From NCBI GenBank assembly GCA_965140415.1, contig OZ223209.1, positions 2,400,001 through 2,464,000 on the forward strand: a stretch of 64,000 nucleotides of DNA, given 5' to 3'. The position numbers were made by a program, and so were the translations under genes. The notes beneath the pieces are model-generated. The model was given only the letters and a program-made list of their open reading frames with translations, was not told the DNA's origin and ran no database searches. Origin of the DNA: Myxococcota bacterium (GTDB taxonomy: Bacteria > Myxococcota_A > SURF-8). Shown piece by piece: positions 18,804 through 27,052 of the stretch; position 1 is the first letter of the stretch; each line of letters begins with the position of its first letter.

Positions 18804-18859
18804 TGGTTCAGTCTGTGATTTCGTAACCATCAGCGCCGGCTCGCAGTCGGCGCTGTTTT
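18792..18859 (+). terminator. His attenuator: mutually exclusive antiterminator and terminator
   Basis: Terminator CAGCGCCGGC-tcgca-GTCGGCGCTG-TTTT (18831-18859). Antiterminator CGAGCCGG (18792-99) with CCGGCTCG (18836-43) and TGATGGTT (18801-08) with AACCATCA (18825-32). Confidence 0.85.
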
Positions 18860-18879
18860 GCGTTTATGAAAGGTAAATC

Positions 18880-19755
18880 ATGGTCCAGATGGAATTGGAA
18901 AAACCGTTGCGCTTGGCGTTACCGAAAGGACGGATGAAGGCGGGGATCATTCGTCTTCTGGAGGAAGCCGGAATTCAATTGACGGTCGACGAGCGAAATT
19001 ATCGGCCCACGTTGTCTGTTCCCGGATTCGAAACCAAGCTGCTAAAACCCCAGAATATCGTGGAAATGCTCCATGTCGGTTCGCGGGACATCGGTTTTAC
19101 CGGCTTGGACTGGGTCCGGGAATTGAACGCCGATGTGGTTGAAGTGCTGGATACGGAATTGAATCCGGTTCGGATCGTGGCTGCCGCTCCCGTGTCGATT
19201 CTGGAAAACGGACAACTTCCTCAACGGAAATTGGTGGTGGCATCGGAATATGAACGCTTGACGCGGGAGTGGATTAAGGAAAAGAAGATCAACGCCTCTT
19301 TTGTCCGCTCTTATGGCGCAACCGAAGTCTTTCCGCCGGAAGACGCCGATATGATTGTGGATAATTCGTCGACCGGGAGCACGCTGTCTGCCAATCGGTT
19401 GCAGATTGTGGATGAATTGTTGAAGTCGTCCACACGCCTGTTCGTCAATCCGAAAACATTGGAAAATCCGGAGCGCAGGCAAGTCGTGGAACGCTTCGTC
19501 CTGTTGTTGAAGTCGGTGCTACAGGCCAGAAAACGGGTCATGCTGGAAGTAAACGTTACGGCAGAACGGCTGGAGGCCGTCGTCGCGTTATTGCCCTGCA
19601 TGCGCCGACCGACGATTGCTTCGCTGTACGGTGATGAAGGATATGCAGTCAAAGCAGCGGTGCCCAGGGCGATCTTACCCACTCTGATTCCCGAATTGAA
19701 AGAAGCGGGAGGAACGGATGTGGTGGTGACGGCTCCCGATCAACTCGTGCCATAA
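18880..19755 (+). CDS. hisG: ATP phosphoribosyltransferase, long form
   Basis: LALPKGR, DIGFTGLDW, SYGATE, DMIVDNSSTGSTL, plus C-terminal regulatory domain. Confidence 0.95.
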   Translation: MVQMELEKPLRLALPKGRMKAGIIRLLEEAGIQLTVDERNYRPTLSVPGFETKLLKPQNIVEMLHVGSRDIGFTGLDWVRELNADVVEVLDTELNPVRIVAAAPVSILENGQLPQRKLVVASEYERLTREWIKEKKINASFVRSYGATEVFPPEDADMIVDNSSTGSTLSANRLQIVDELLKSSTRLFVNPKTLENPERRQVVERFVLLLKSVLQARKRVMLEVNVTAERLEAVVALLPCMRRPTIASLYGDEGYAVKAAVPRAILPTLIPELKEAGGTDVVVTAPDQLVP

Positions 19756-19774
19756 GCTCATGTGGAGTGATGAA

Positions 19775-21493
19775 ATGACAACAAAGCCTGTACCCACGAG
19801 TTTCGTTTCTTCGATGCCGAGTTACGGCGTTCCCTATGCGCCTGCGCCAACGGATCTGAGGCTGGATTCCAATGAAGGCATCGGACCGGAATTGTCTTTG
19901 CTTGCAGCCTTGGATGAATTCGGACCGAACCTGGTTCGCTATTATATGAAAACAACCGACCTGGAAGGGCGAATCGCCCAGAAACTCGGTTTCGATGCAG
20001 GTCAGGTGATCGTAACAGCGGGAGCGGATGATGCCATTACTCGCCTGTTCAGGGCGTATCTCTCACCCGGACGGGAAGTGATTCTCGTTACTCCGACGTT
20101 TGAAATGTTCACCATTTTCACTAAGCTCGTCGGTGCGACGATGGTCTGTGTGCCTTGGGGAGAGGGCGACTATCCTGTGGATGCAATTTTACAGGCCGTT
20201 ACTCCAAAAACGGCAATGATCGTCGTCGTATCTCCCAATAACCCCACGGGAGCGGTCGTATCCGAAGCCGCCTTGAAACGCTTATCCGATGCTGTGCCAC
20301 AGGCCGTTATTGCACTGGATCTGGCGTACACCGCTTTTACGGAACAGGATCTGTTTCCCATTGGGCGGACGCTGGAAAACGTGGTTTGCCTGCACACCTT
20401 TTCCAAAAGCTGGGGATTGGCCGGGCTGCGTGTCGGATATGCTACCGCCAGTGCCGAAATGATTCGTTATTTGCGTTTGGCAGGGACGCCCTATCCGGTT
20501 TCCAGTGTGTCGCTGGCATTGGCCACAAAATGGCTGGAACAGGGGGAAGAACCGACTGCCGCTTACGTGACCCGAATCAAATACGAGCGGGAAGAATTGA
20601 CCGCCTTATTGAAGCGACTGGGGGCGTCGCCTTTACCGTCTGAAGCCAACTTCGTATTTACGCGCGTCGCCGATCCCGTCTGGCTGCGGGATGCCTTGGC
20701 CGGCATGGGCATTTCGGTGCGCCTGTTTGTGGATGCTGGCGAATTCCAAGGTGGTGTGCGCATCACCTGTCCCGGTAAGGAAATCGAGTTTGAGCGATTG
20801 TGTGATGCACTGAGAACCATCCTGAAACCGCAGGCGTTATTGTTCGATATGGATGGCGTTTTGGCGGATGTGTCCCGCTCTTATCGCCGCGCGATTCAAC
20901 AGACTGCCAAAGCCTTCGGCATTGAACTGGACGAACAACAGATTGCCGCCGCCAAAGCCGAACCGGGATCGAACAACGACTGGGTAACCACGCAGCGCCT
21001 GTTGCAGCAGCATGGTATTCAGGTGGAGTTAGATGAAGTAACACGACGTTTCGAAGAGCTCTATCAGGGAACGGCAGAGCGCGCCGGACTGCGGGAGCAG
21101 GAAAGCTTGTTGGTCCAGCGCGATTGGTTGCAACGCATGGCGGCACGACTGCCGCTGGGAATCGTCACCGGTCGTCCACGCGGCGATGCCGAACGTTTCC
21201 TTTCAAAAATGGAAGTTAACGATCTGTTCACCTGTGTAATCTGCCTGGAAGATGGTCCACGCAAGCCGGACCCGGCTCCGGTTCATCTCGCTTTGCAGAA
21301 ATTGGGCATAGAGCAGGCTTGGATGATCGGAGATGCGCCGGATGACATCGCCGCCGCTCGGGCAGCAAAGGTGCTGCCGCTTGGAATCGTTGCTCCCGGC
21401 GACGATAGGGAGAGTACGGCGCGGCTGTTGACACAAACCGGTGCCGCGCGAGTATTCGAAAAGGCAAGCGATATTGAGGAGGTTCTGCCATGA
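19775..21493 (+). CDS. hisC: Histidinol-phosphate aminotransferase fused to a C-terminal HAD hydrolase (probable histidinol-phosphatase)
   Basis: LDSNE, SPNNPTG, TFSKSWGLAGLRVG; then HAD motifs FDMDGV, TGRP, KPDP, GD..DD. Confidence 0.88.
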   Translation: MTTKPVPTSFVSSMPSYGVPYAPAPTDLRLDSNEGIGPELSLLAALDEFGPNLVRYYMKTTDLEGRIAQKLGFDAGQVIVTAGADDAITRLFRAYLSPGREVILVTPTFEMFTIFTKLVGATMVCVPWGEGDYPVDAILQAVTPKTAMIVVVSPNNPTGAVVSEAALKRLSDAVPQAVIALDLAYTAFTEQDLFPIGRTLENVVCLHTFSKSWGLAGLRVGYATASAEMIRYLRLAGTPYPVSSVSLALATKWLEQGEEPTAAYVTRIKYEREELTALLKRLGASPLPSEANFVFTRVADPVWLRDALAGMGISVRLFVDAGEFQGGVRITCPGKEIEFERLCDALRTILKPQALLFDMDGVLADVSRSYRRAIQQTAKAFGIELDEQQIAAAKAEPGSNNDWVTTQRLLQQHGIQVELDEVTRRFEELYQGTAERAGLREQESLLVQRDWLQRMAARLPLGIVTGRPRGDAERFLSKMEVNDLFTCVICLEDGPRKPDPAPVHLALQKLGIEQAWMIGDAPDDIAAARAAKVLPLGIVAPGDDRESTARLLTQTGAARVFEKASDIEEVLP

Positions 21494-22077
21494 CATTGCG
21501 AAAGGCAACGGTCAAACGGGAAACATTGGAAACGACGATTCAATGCACATTGAAACTCGATGGCAGCGGAAAGGCCAAAGTCGATACCGGCATTGGATTT
21601 CTGGATCATCTGCTGTCTTCATTGGCAAAGCATGCGCGTTTCGATCTGACGTTGTCCTGCAAAGGCGATCTGCACATCGACGATCACCACACCGCCGAAG
21701 ACTGTGCGCTGGTGCTGGGAGAGGCCTTCGATAGGTCGCTTGGGGAGCGCAAGGGAATCAGCAGATACGGTTATGCCTACGCTCCACTTGACGAGGCGCT
21801 GGCGCGTACGGTCGTCGATCTGGTTACGCGCCCATATGCCGTTTTGGATCTGGATTTGCAACGGGAATACATCGGCACACTGGCCACGGAGAACGTTGAA
21901 CACATTCTGTATTCCTTTGCCATGGCGGCCCGGTTGACCTTGCATGTAGATGTGTTGAAGGGTGCAAACGATCATCACCGGGCGGAGGCGGCATTCAAGT
22001 CGCTGGCATTGGCATTACGGCAGGCGGTTACAGTCGATCGAACCGCCGGAGATGGCAGTACGAAAGGAAGCTTGTAA
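21490..22077 (+). CDS. hisB: Imidazoleglycerol-phosphate dehydratase (monofunctional)
   Basis: GDLHIDDHHTAED and NDHHRAEAAFK motifs. Confidence 0.96.
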   Translation: MTLRKATVKRETLETTIQCTLKLDGSGKAKVDTGIGFLDHLLSSLAKHARFDLTLSCKGDLHIDDHHTAEDCALVLGEAFDRSLGERKGISRYGYAYAPLDEALARTVVDLVTRPYAVLDLDLQREYIGTLATENVEHILYSFAMAARLTLHVDVLKGANDHHRAEAAFKSLALALRQAVTVDRTAGDGSTKGSL

Positions 22078-22694
22078 TGAAGGAACTTGAAGTCGTTGTG
22101 GTCGGCACCGGAACGGCGAATCTCGCCTCGATTCTTGCGGGATTCCGGCGTGCCGGCGCAAAACCGCGAATCAGTAATAATATCGAGGATGTCGCATCGG
22201 CAAGAGCCGTCGTATTGCCGGGAGTTGGAGCTTTGGCTGCCGCGATGGTGCAATTGAATGCAGATGGCTTGGTCGAGCCGCTGAAAGCTCGTGTTCGTGC
22301 GGGTCGTCCTACCTTGGCGGTTTGCCTTGGATTGCAGCTATTATGTGAATACAGCGACGAAAGCCCGGGTGTCGCCGGATTGGGGATTATCCCGGCTGAT
22401 ATCAAGAGCTTCCCCGAGGGCATCCGTACTCCCCATTTCGGCTGGAATCAGGTTGAACCGACTGCGGAATGTCGGCTGCTGCAACCCGGTTATGCTTATT
22501 TCGCCAATTCCTTCCGTTTGCCGCAAGCCCCGGAAGGTTGGAACGTGGCGTACACGGATTATGCCGGTCCATTTGTCGGCGCGATGGAAAACGGCGCGGT
22601 GCTGGCCTGTCAGTTTCACCCGGAACTGAGCGGTGACTGGGGACTGGACCTGTTGAAACGCTGGCTCTCTCGCGCGGAAGAGGAGGGGAATTGA
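22077..22694 (+). CDS. hisH: Imidazole glycerol phosphate synthase, glutaminase subunit
   Basis: LPGVG, VCLGLQLL, PHFGWN, QFHPELSG. Confidence 0.95.
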   Translation: MKELEVVVVGTGTANLASILAGFRRAGAKPRISNNIEDVASARAVVLPGVGALAAAMVQLNADGLVEPLKARVRAGRPTLAVCLGLQLLCEYSDESPGVAGLGIIPADIKSFPEGIRTPHFGWNQVEPTAECRLLQPGYAYFANSFRLPQAPEGWNVAYTDYAGPFVGAMENGAVLACQFHPELSGDWGLDLLKRWLSRAEEEGN

Positions 22695-22695
22695 G

Positions 22696-23451
22696 ATGCT
22701 GACCAAGAGAATCATACCCTGCCTGGATGTCCGCGATGGTCGCGTGGTGAAAGGCGTACGTTTTCAGGGCTTGCGCGATGCCGGTGATCCCGAGGAACTG
22801 GCCTATGCCTATCAGTTGCAAGGCGCGGACGAACTGGTGCTGCTGGATGTATCTGCCACGCCGGAAGGACGCAAAACGGCCTATGATACGGTCCGCAGAG
22901 TCCGGGAGAAAATCTCCATTCCGTTGACGGTCGGTGGCGGTGTGCGCGGCGCAAAAGACGCACAGGCGCTATTGGAAGCGGGAGCGGACAAAGTCGGCAT
23001 GAATACGGCGGCGGTCAATGATCCTGCCTTGATTGCGGATGTCGCCACCCGTTTCGGGAGGCAGTGCACCGTTCTTGCCGTAGACGCCAAGCGGGTGTCG
23101 GAAACGGCGTGGCAGGTGGTGGTGCAGTCGGGAAAAAAGGATACCGGTATCGATGTGCGTGAGTGGGTGCGCCAGGGCGTCGCGCGCGGTGCCGGTGAAA
23201 TCCTGCTGACCAGCTGGGATCGTGATGGCACCCGTAGCGGCTACGATCTGGAATTGATGACCATGGTTTCCCAGGCCGTCAATGTGCCTGTCATCGCTTC
23301 AGGTGGCGCGGATACGCCATTACAGCTAAAAGAAGCGCTGGATGCCGGTGCGGAGGCCGTACTGGCGGCGTCGATCTTCCACGATGGAGACTGGACGGTT
23401 GCCGGGTTGAAAAAAGTATTGGCTGAAATGGGAGTGGAGGTGCGGCCATGA
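22696..23451 (+). CDS. hisF: Imidazole glycerol phosphate synthase, cyclase subunit
   Basis: MLTKRIIPCLDV, GAGEILLTSWDRDGT, PVIASGGA. Confidence 0.96.
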   Translation: MLTKRIIPCLDVRDGRVVKGVRFQGLRDAGDPEELAYAYQLQGADELVLLDVSATPEGRKTAYDTVRRVREKISIPLTVGGGVRGAKDAQALLEAGADKVGMNTAAVNDPALIADVATRFGRQCTVLAVDAKRVSETAWQVVVQSGKKDTGIDVREWVRQGVARGAGEILLTSWDRDGTRSGYDLELMTMVSQAVNVPVIASGGADTPLQLKEALDAGAEAVLAASIFHDGDWTVAGLKKVLAEMGVEVRP

Positions 23452-24707
23452 TCGTTCCATCGATCGATTTAATGAATGGTAACGCCGTGCAATTGATCGG
23501 CGGCAAGGAATTCGAACTGGACGCCGGAGATCCGCGCCCATTGGCCGAAACCTTTCGTATCGTAGGCGATACGGCGGTGATCGATCTGGATGCCGCGCTT
23601 GGCAAAGGAAGCAATCGAGGCGTCATCGAAGAACTCGTGCGCATGGCTCCCTGTCGGGTCGGTGGTGGCATTCGCGATGCGCAGGCGGCCATTGACTGGT
23701 TGGATCGTGGTGCGAAGCAGGTCATTTTGGGGACTGCAGCGGTTCCCGAAGTCTTGCAGCAACTGCCGCCAGAGCGCGTGATCGCCGCGCTGGATGCAGT
23801 GAACGATGAAGTGGTCGTCGAAGGTTGGCAAACGCGCACCGGGCGCACTATTCTCGACCGCATGAAAGAGTTGAACGGTCTGGTGGGTGGTTATCTGGTG
23901 ACTTTCGTCGAGCGTGAAGGCCGCATGGGCGGTATCGATCTCGAACGCGTGAAAGCCCTGGTACAGGCGGCAGGCGGTGCCAAGGTGACTGTCGCCGGTG
24001 GAGTGACGACGCCAGAAGAAATTGCCGCCATCGACAAATTGGGAGCCGATGCCCAGGTCGGTATGGCGCTGTATACGGGAAAAATGGATCTCACCGAGGC
24101 CATGCTGGCACCCATGACATCTGACCGTCCCGATGGCCTATGGCCGACGGTCATTGTTGATGAGGGCGGGGTGGCTTTGGGACTGGCGTATTCTGACATG
24201 GAAAGCGTGAAGGAAGCGATGCGCTTGAAGAAGGGTGTGTATCATTCCCGCTCACGCGGACTGTGGATCAAGGGGGAAACCTCCGGAACTCCCCAGGATC
24301 TGTTGGCCATTGATCTGGATTGCGATCGTGATACCCTGCGTTTTACGGTGCGTCAACATGGTAGCGGTTTCTGTCATTTGAACACGCGAACCTGTTGGGG
24401 GGAAGATCGTGGGCTTTCCCATCTGATTCGACGCTTGACTGCCCGTTTGGAAGAGGCTCCTAAGGGCTCGTATACACGACGATTATTGGACGACCCGGAT
24501 TTACTTAAAAGTAAATTGCTGGAAGAAGCCCAGGAATTGAATAATGCTGGTACAATAGAAGAGGTCATATGGGAGACGGCGGATCTGTTGTACTTTGGTC
24601 TGGTGGCGATGATTAAAGGCGGCGCGACAATGGAAGAGGTGGAAGCGGAGTTGGATCGAAGAGCGAAGAAAGTCACCCGCCGCCCCGGAAACGCCAAAAC
24701 CAGCTAG
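23448..24707 (+). CDS. HisA-HisI-HisE fusion (isomerase barrel, PR-AMP cyclohydrolase, PR-ATP pyrophosphatase)
   Basis: N-terminal MIVPSIDL...VGGGIR...VAGG; middle SRSRGLWIKGETSG...DCDRD...FCH; C-terminal SYTRRL...KLLEEAQE...ETADLLY. Confidence 0.88.
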   Translation: MIVPSIDLMNGNAVQLIGGKEFELDAGDPRPLAETFRIVGDTAVIDLDAALGKGSNRGVIEELVRMAPCRVGGGIRDAQAAIDWLDRGAKQVILGTAAVPEVLQQLPPERVIAALDAVNDEVVVEGWQTRTGRTILDRMKELNGLVGGYLVTFVEREGRMGGIDLERVKALVQAAGGAKVTVAGGVTTPEEIAAIDKLGADAQVGMALYTGKMDLTEAMLAPMTSDRPDGLWPTVIVDEGGVALGLAYSDMESVKEAMRLKKGVYHSRSRGLWIKGETSGTPQDLLAIDLDCDRDTLRFTVRQHGSGFCHLNTRTCWGEDRGLSHLIRRLTARLEEAPKGSYTRRLLDDPDLLKSKLLEEAQELNNAGTIEEVIWETADLLYFGLVAMIKGGATMEEVEAELDRRAKKVTRRPGNAKTS

Positions 24708-24716
24708 GAGGTTGTA

Positions 24717-25982
24717 ATGCAAACGCGGATGCTCAGAATCATTACCCCGGAACAGTTGCCTTCATTGCGCAGAGATGTTGTCGATGCCAATACCCTGGCG
24801 GCGGCGGCTCGTATCGTGCAGGATGTACAAGATAGGGGCGAAGCGGCGGTAATCGAGCATGCCCAGCGATTAGGAGATCGAAAGCCGGGAGAGCCGCTTG
24901 TGTATGGTCAAGACGCCTTGAACGATGCTCTACGGTCGATCCCCAATGCGACGCGAGACGTGCTGACTAGAACGGCGGAACGAATCCGGCGTTTTGCTGA
25001 GCAACAACGCGGTTGCTTGCGCGAATTGGATATGGCCGTTGCCGGTGGACGAGCCGGACATAGCATTCTTCCGGTGGAACGCGCCGCCTGTTACGCTCCT
25101 GGTGGACGATTTCCCTTGCCATCTTCCGTGCTTATGACTGTCGTGACCGCACGCGCAGCAGGCGTTCAATCGGTATGGGTGGCTTCGCCCAAACCCTCGG
25201 TAGAAACCTTGGCGGCGGCGGCGATTGCAGGTGCCGATGCTTGTTTGGCAGTTGGTGGTGCACAGGCCATTGCGGCTCTTGCTTTTGGTGCTGGGGACAT
25301 CCCTGCCTGTGACGTTATCGTGGGACCGGGAAATCGCTGGGTGACGGCGGCCAAACAGTTGGTGTGTGGTCGGGTTGCAATCGACATGCTGGCGGGACCG
25401 TCCGAATTGCTGGTGGTTGCGGATCAAGGCGCGGATGCTGCCGTGATTGCGGCGGATCTTTTGGCACAGGCGGAGCATGATCCCGACGCTATGCCCATGC
25501 TGATTGCGACCGAGCAGGAATTGTTGGATGCGGTGGATGCTGAATTAGCGCGCCAGTTGTCGGATTTGCCAACCGCCGAGACTGCTCGTGAGGCTGTAAA
25601 AAATGGGTTCAGTTTGCTTGTGCCGGATATCGACGCTGCAATCCGCGTTGCCAATAAACTGGCTCCCGAGCATTTGGAATTGATGATCGAGGATGCGCAC
25701 TCCAAGGCTGTCCGGTTCACGAATTATGGTGCGCTCTTTATCGGATCGAATAGCGCGGAAGTACTTGGAGATTACGGTGCGGGACCGAATCATGTCCTTC
25801 CTACCGGTGGAACGTCGCGCTTTGTGGGAGGACTGTCCGTGTTCCATTTTCTGAGAACACGTACCTGGTTGCGCATCGAGCATCCTGAAGAAGGAGCGGA
25901 AATGATTCGCGACGCTGAAGCCTTGGCACAGGTGGAAGGATTGATCGGCCATGCCCGATCCGCAGCGATTCGGAGACGTTAA
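24717..25982 (+). CDS. hisD: Histidinol dehydrogenase
   Basis: [47 protein letters not shown]. Confidence 0.96.
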   Translation: MQTRMLRIITPEQLPSLRRDVVDANTLAAAARIVQDVQDRGEAAVIEHAQRLGDRKPGEPLVYGQDALNDALRSIPNATRDVLTRTAERIRRFAEQQRGCLRELDMAVAGGRAGHSILPVERAACYAPGGRFPLPSSVLMTVVTARAAGVQSVWVASPKPSVETLAAAAIAGADACLAVGGAQAIAALAFGAGDIPACDVIVGPGNRWVTAAKQLVCGRVAIDMLAGPSELLVVADQGADAAVIAADLLAQAEHDPDAMPMLIATEQELLDAVDAELARQLSDLPTAETAREAVKNGFSLLVPDIDAAIRVANKLAPEHLELMIEDAHSKAVRFTNYGALFIGSNSAEVLGDYGAGPNHVLPTGGTSRFVGGLSVFHFLRTRTWLRIEHPEEGAEMIRDAEALAQVEGLIGHARSAAIRRR

Positions 25983-25988
25983 GGCAGG

Positions 25989-26861
25989 CTAACGCCACGT
26001 GTCGGCATGCTTTTCTGCGAATTGGGTGAACGTGGTCGGTGACTGACCGCAGAGGTCCGATAACGCATCCGTCGTTTTCGCACAATGCCCGGATCGAATA
26101 TGCTGATTCAAACTCATCAGCATTTCCGTTTCCCAGGCCGAAAATCCCATCTGTTTCATCCCTTCACGCGCAGTGTGATCGTCGATGGCAACGTAGGTTA
26201 CCTGCTGACCGATTGCGTTTCCGATTTGATCGGCAATCTCGGCATTTGACAACGCCTGGGGACCGGTAAGGTCGAAGATCTCATTCAAATGATTTTGTGG
26301 GTTTTCCAGAATTGAAGCAGCAACTTTTGCAACGTCTTGCACATCAATCAAGCTGATACGACCGTCTCCTTGAGGGAGATATAGCGCGCGTTCTCCTTTT
26401 ATCATCTCGGAATAGTAATTGACATAATTTTGCATGAAGCTGTTGGGACGTAGAATGCAGTATGGGATTTCACTGTTTCGAACGAATCGTTCCGCTTCGC
26501 CGTGTATTCTACCCAACTTGAAATCGCCATCAAAATCGGCTCCCATAGAAGAGAGGCGCAGCACGAAGGAGACTCCTGCTGCTTTGGCCGCTTCCAGGCC
26601 CCATGAAACCCAGTCCAGCATCGATTCAACCAAGGGCGTTATCAGGATAAGGGCCTCGATTCCTTCCATCGAGGATTGCAGGCTCTCTTTATTGTTGAAA
26701 TTCAGGATGATCGTGTCGATCCCTTGTTGATTCAGGTTCTCTCCTTTTTCCAAACTTGTAACTGCTGCGATGATTTCATTCCGATCCGACCGACGCAGGA
26801 GATCGATCATGTGGCTTCCGACGTTTCCCGTTGCTCCCGTAACCAGAATCCTTTTCGGCAT
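25989..26861 (-). CDS. NmrA-like NAD(P)H-binding atypical SDR
   Basis: ILVTGATGNVG, ILRPNSFMQN, IDVQDVA, LTGPQALS; ATG 26861 with AGGAG SD. Confidence 0.85.
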   Translation of the reverse strand: MPKRILVTGATGNVGSHMIDLLRRSDRNEIIAAVTSLEKGENLNQQGIDTIILNFNNKESLQSSMEGIEALILITPLVESMLDWVSWGLEAAKAAGVSFVLRLSSMGADFDGDFKLGRIHGEAERFVRNSEIPYCILRPNSFMQNYVNYYSEMIKGERALYLPQGDGRISLIDVQDVAKVAASILENPQNHLNEIFDLTGPQALSNAEIADQIGNAIGQQVTYVAIDDHTAREGMKQMGFSAWETEMLMSLNQHIRSGHCAKTTDALSDLCGQSPTTFTQFAEKHADTWR

Positions 26862-27010
26862 GAAAACTCTCCTTGACAAGCGAAGATCACAAGAAAGCTA
26901 TGGCCCATGATGTTCATGGATCATGGACTTCGTTCGTATGGACAGTGTCTGTACTAAGTGTTAGAGGGATGAAACGATACGTGAATTCCAAGAAAGAACG
27001 TGTAAAATTA

Positions 27011-27042
27011 GCGAACTAGCCGAAAAGGAAGGGCTAGTTCGC
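27011..27042 (-). terminator. Probable terminator after tex
   Basis: 11-bp stem GCGAACTAGCC/GGCTAGTTCGC followed by TAATTTT on the minus strand. Confidence 0.6.
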
Positions 27043-27052
27043 TTGAGGTGGG

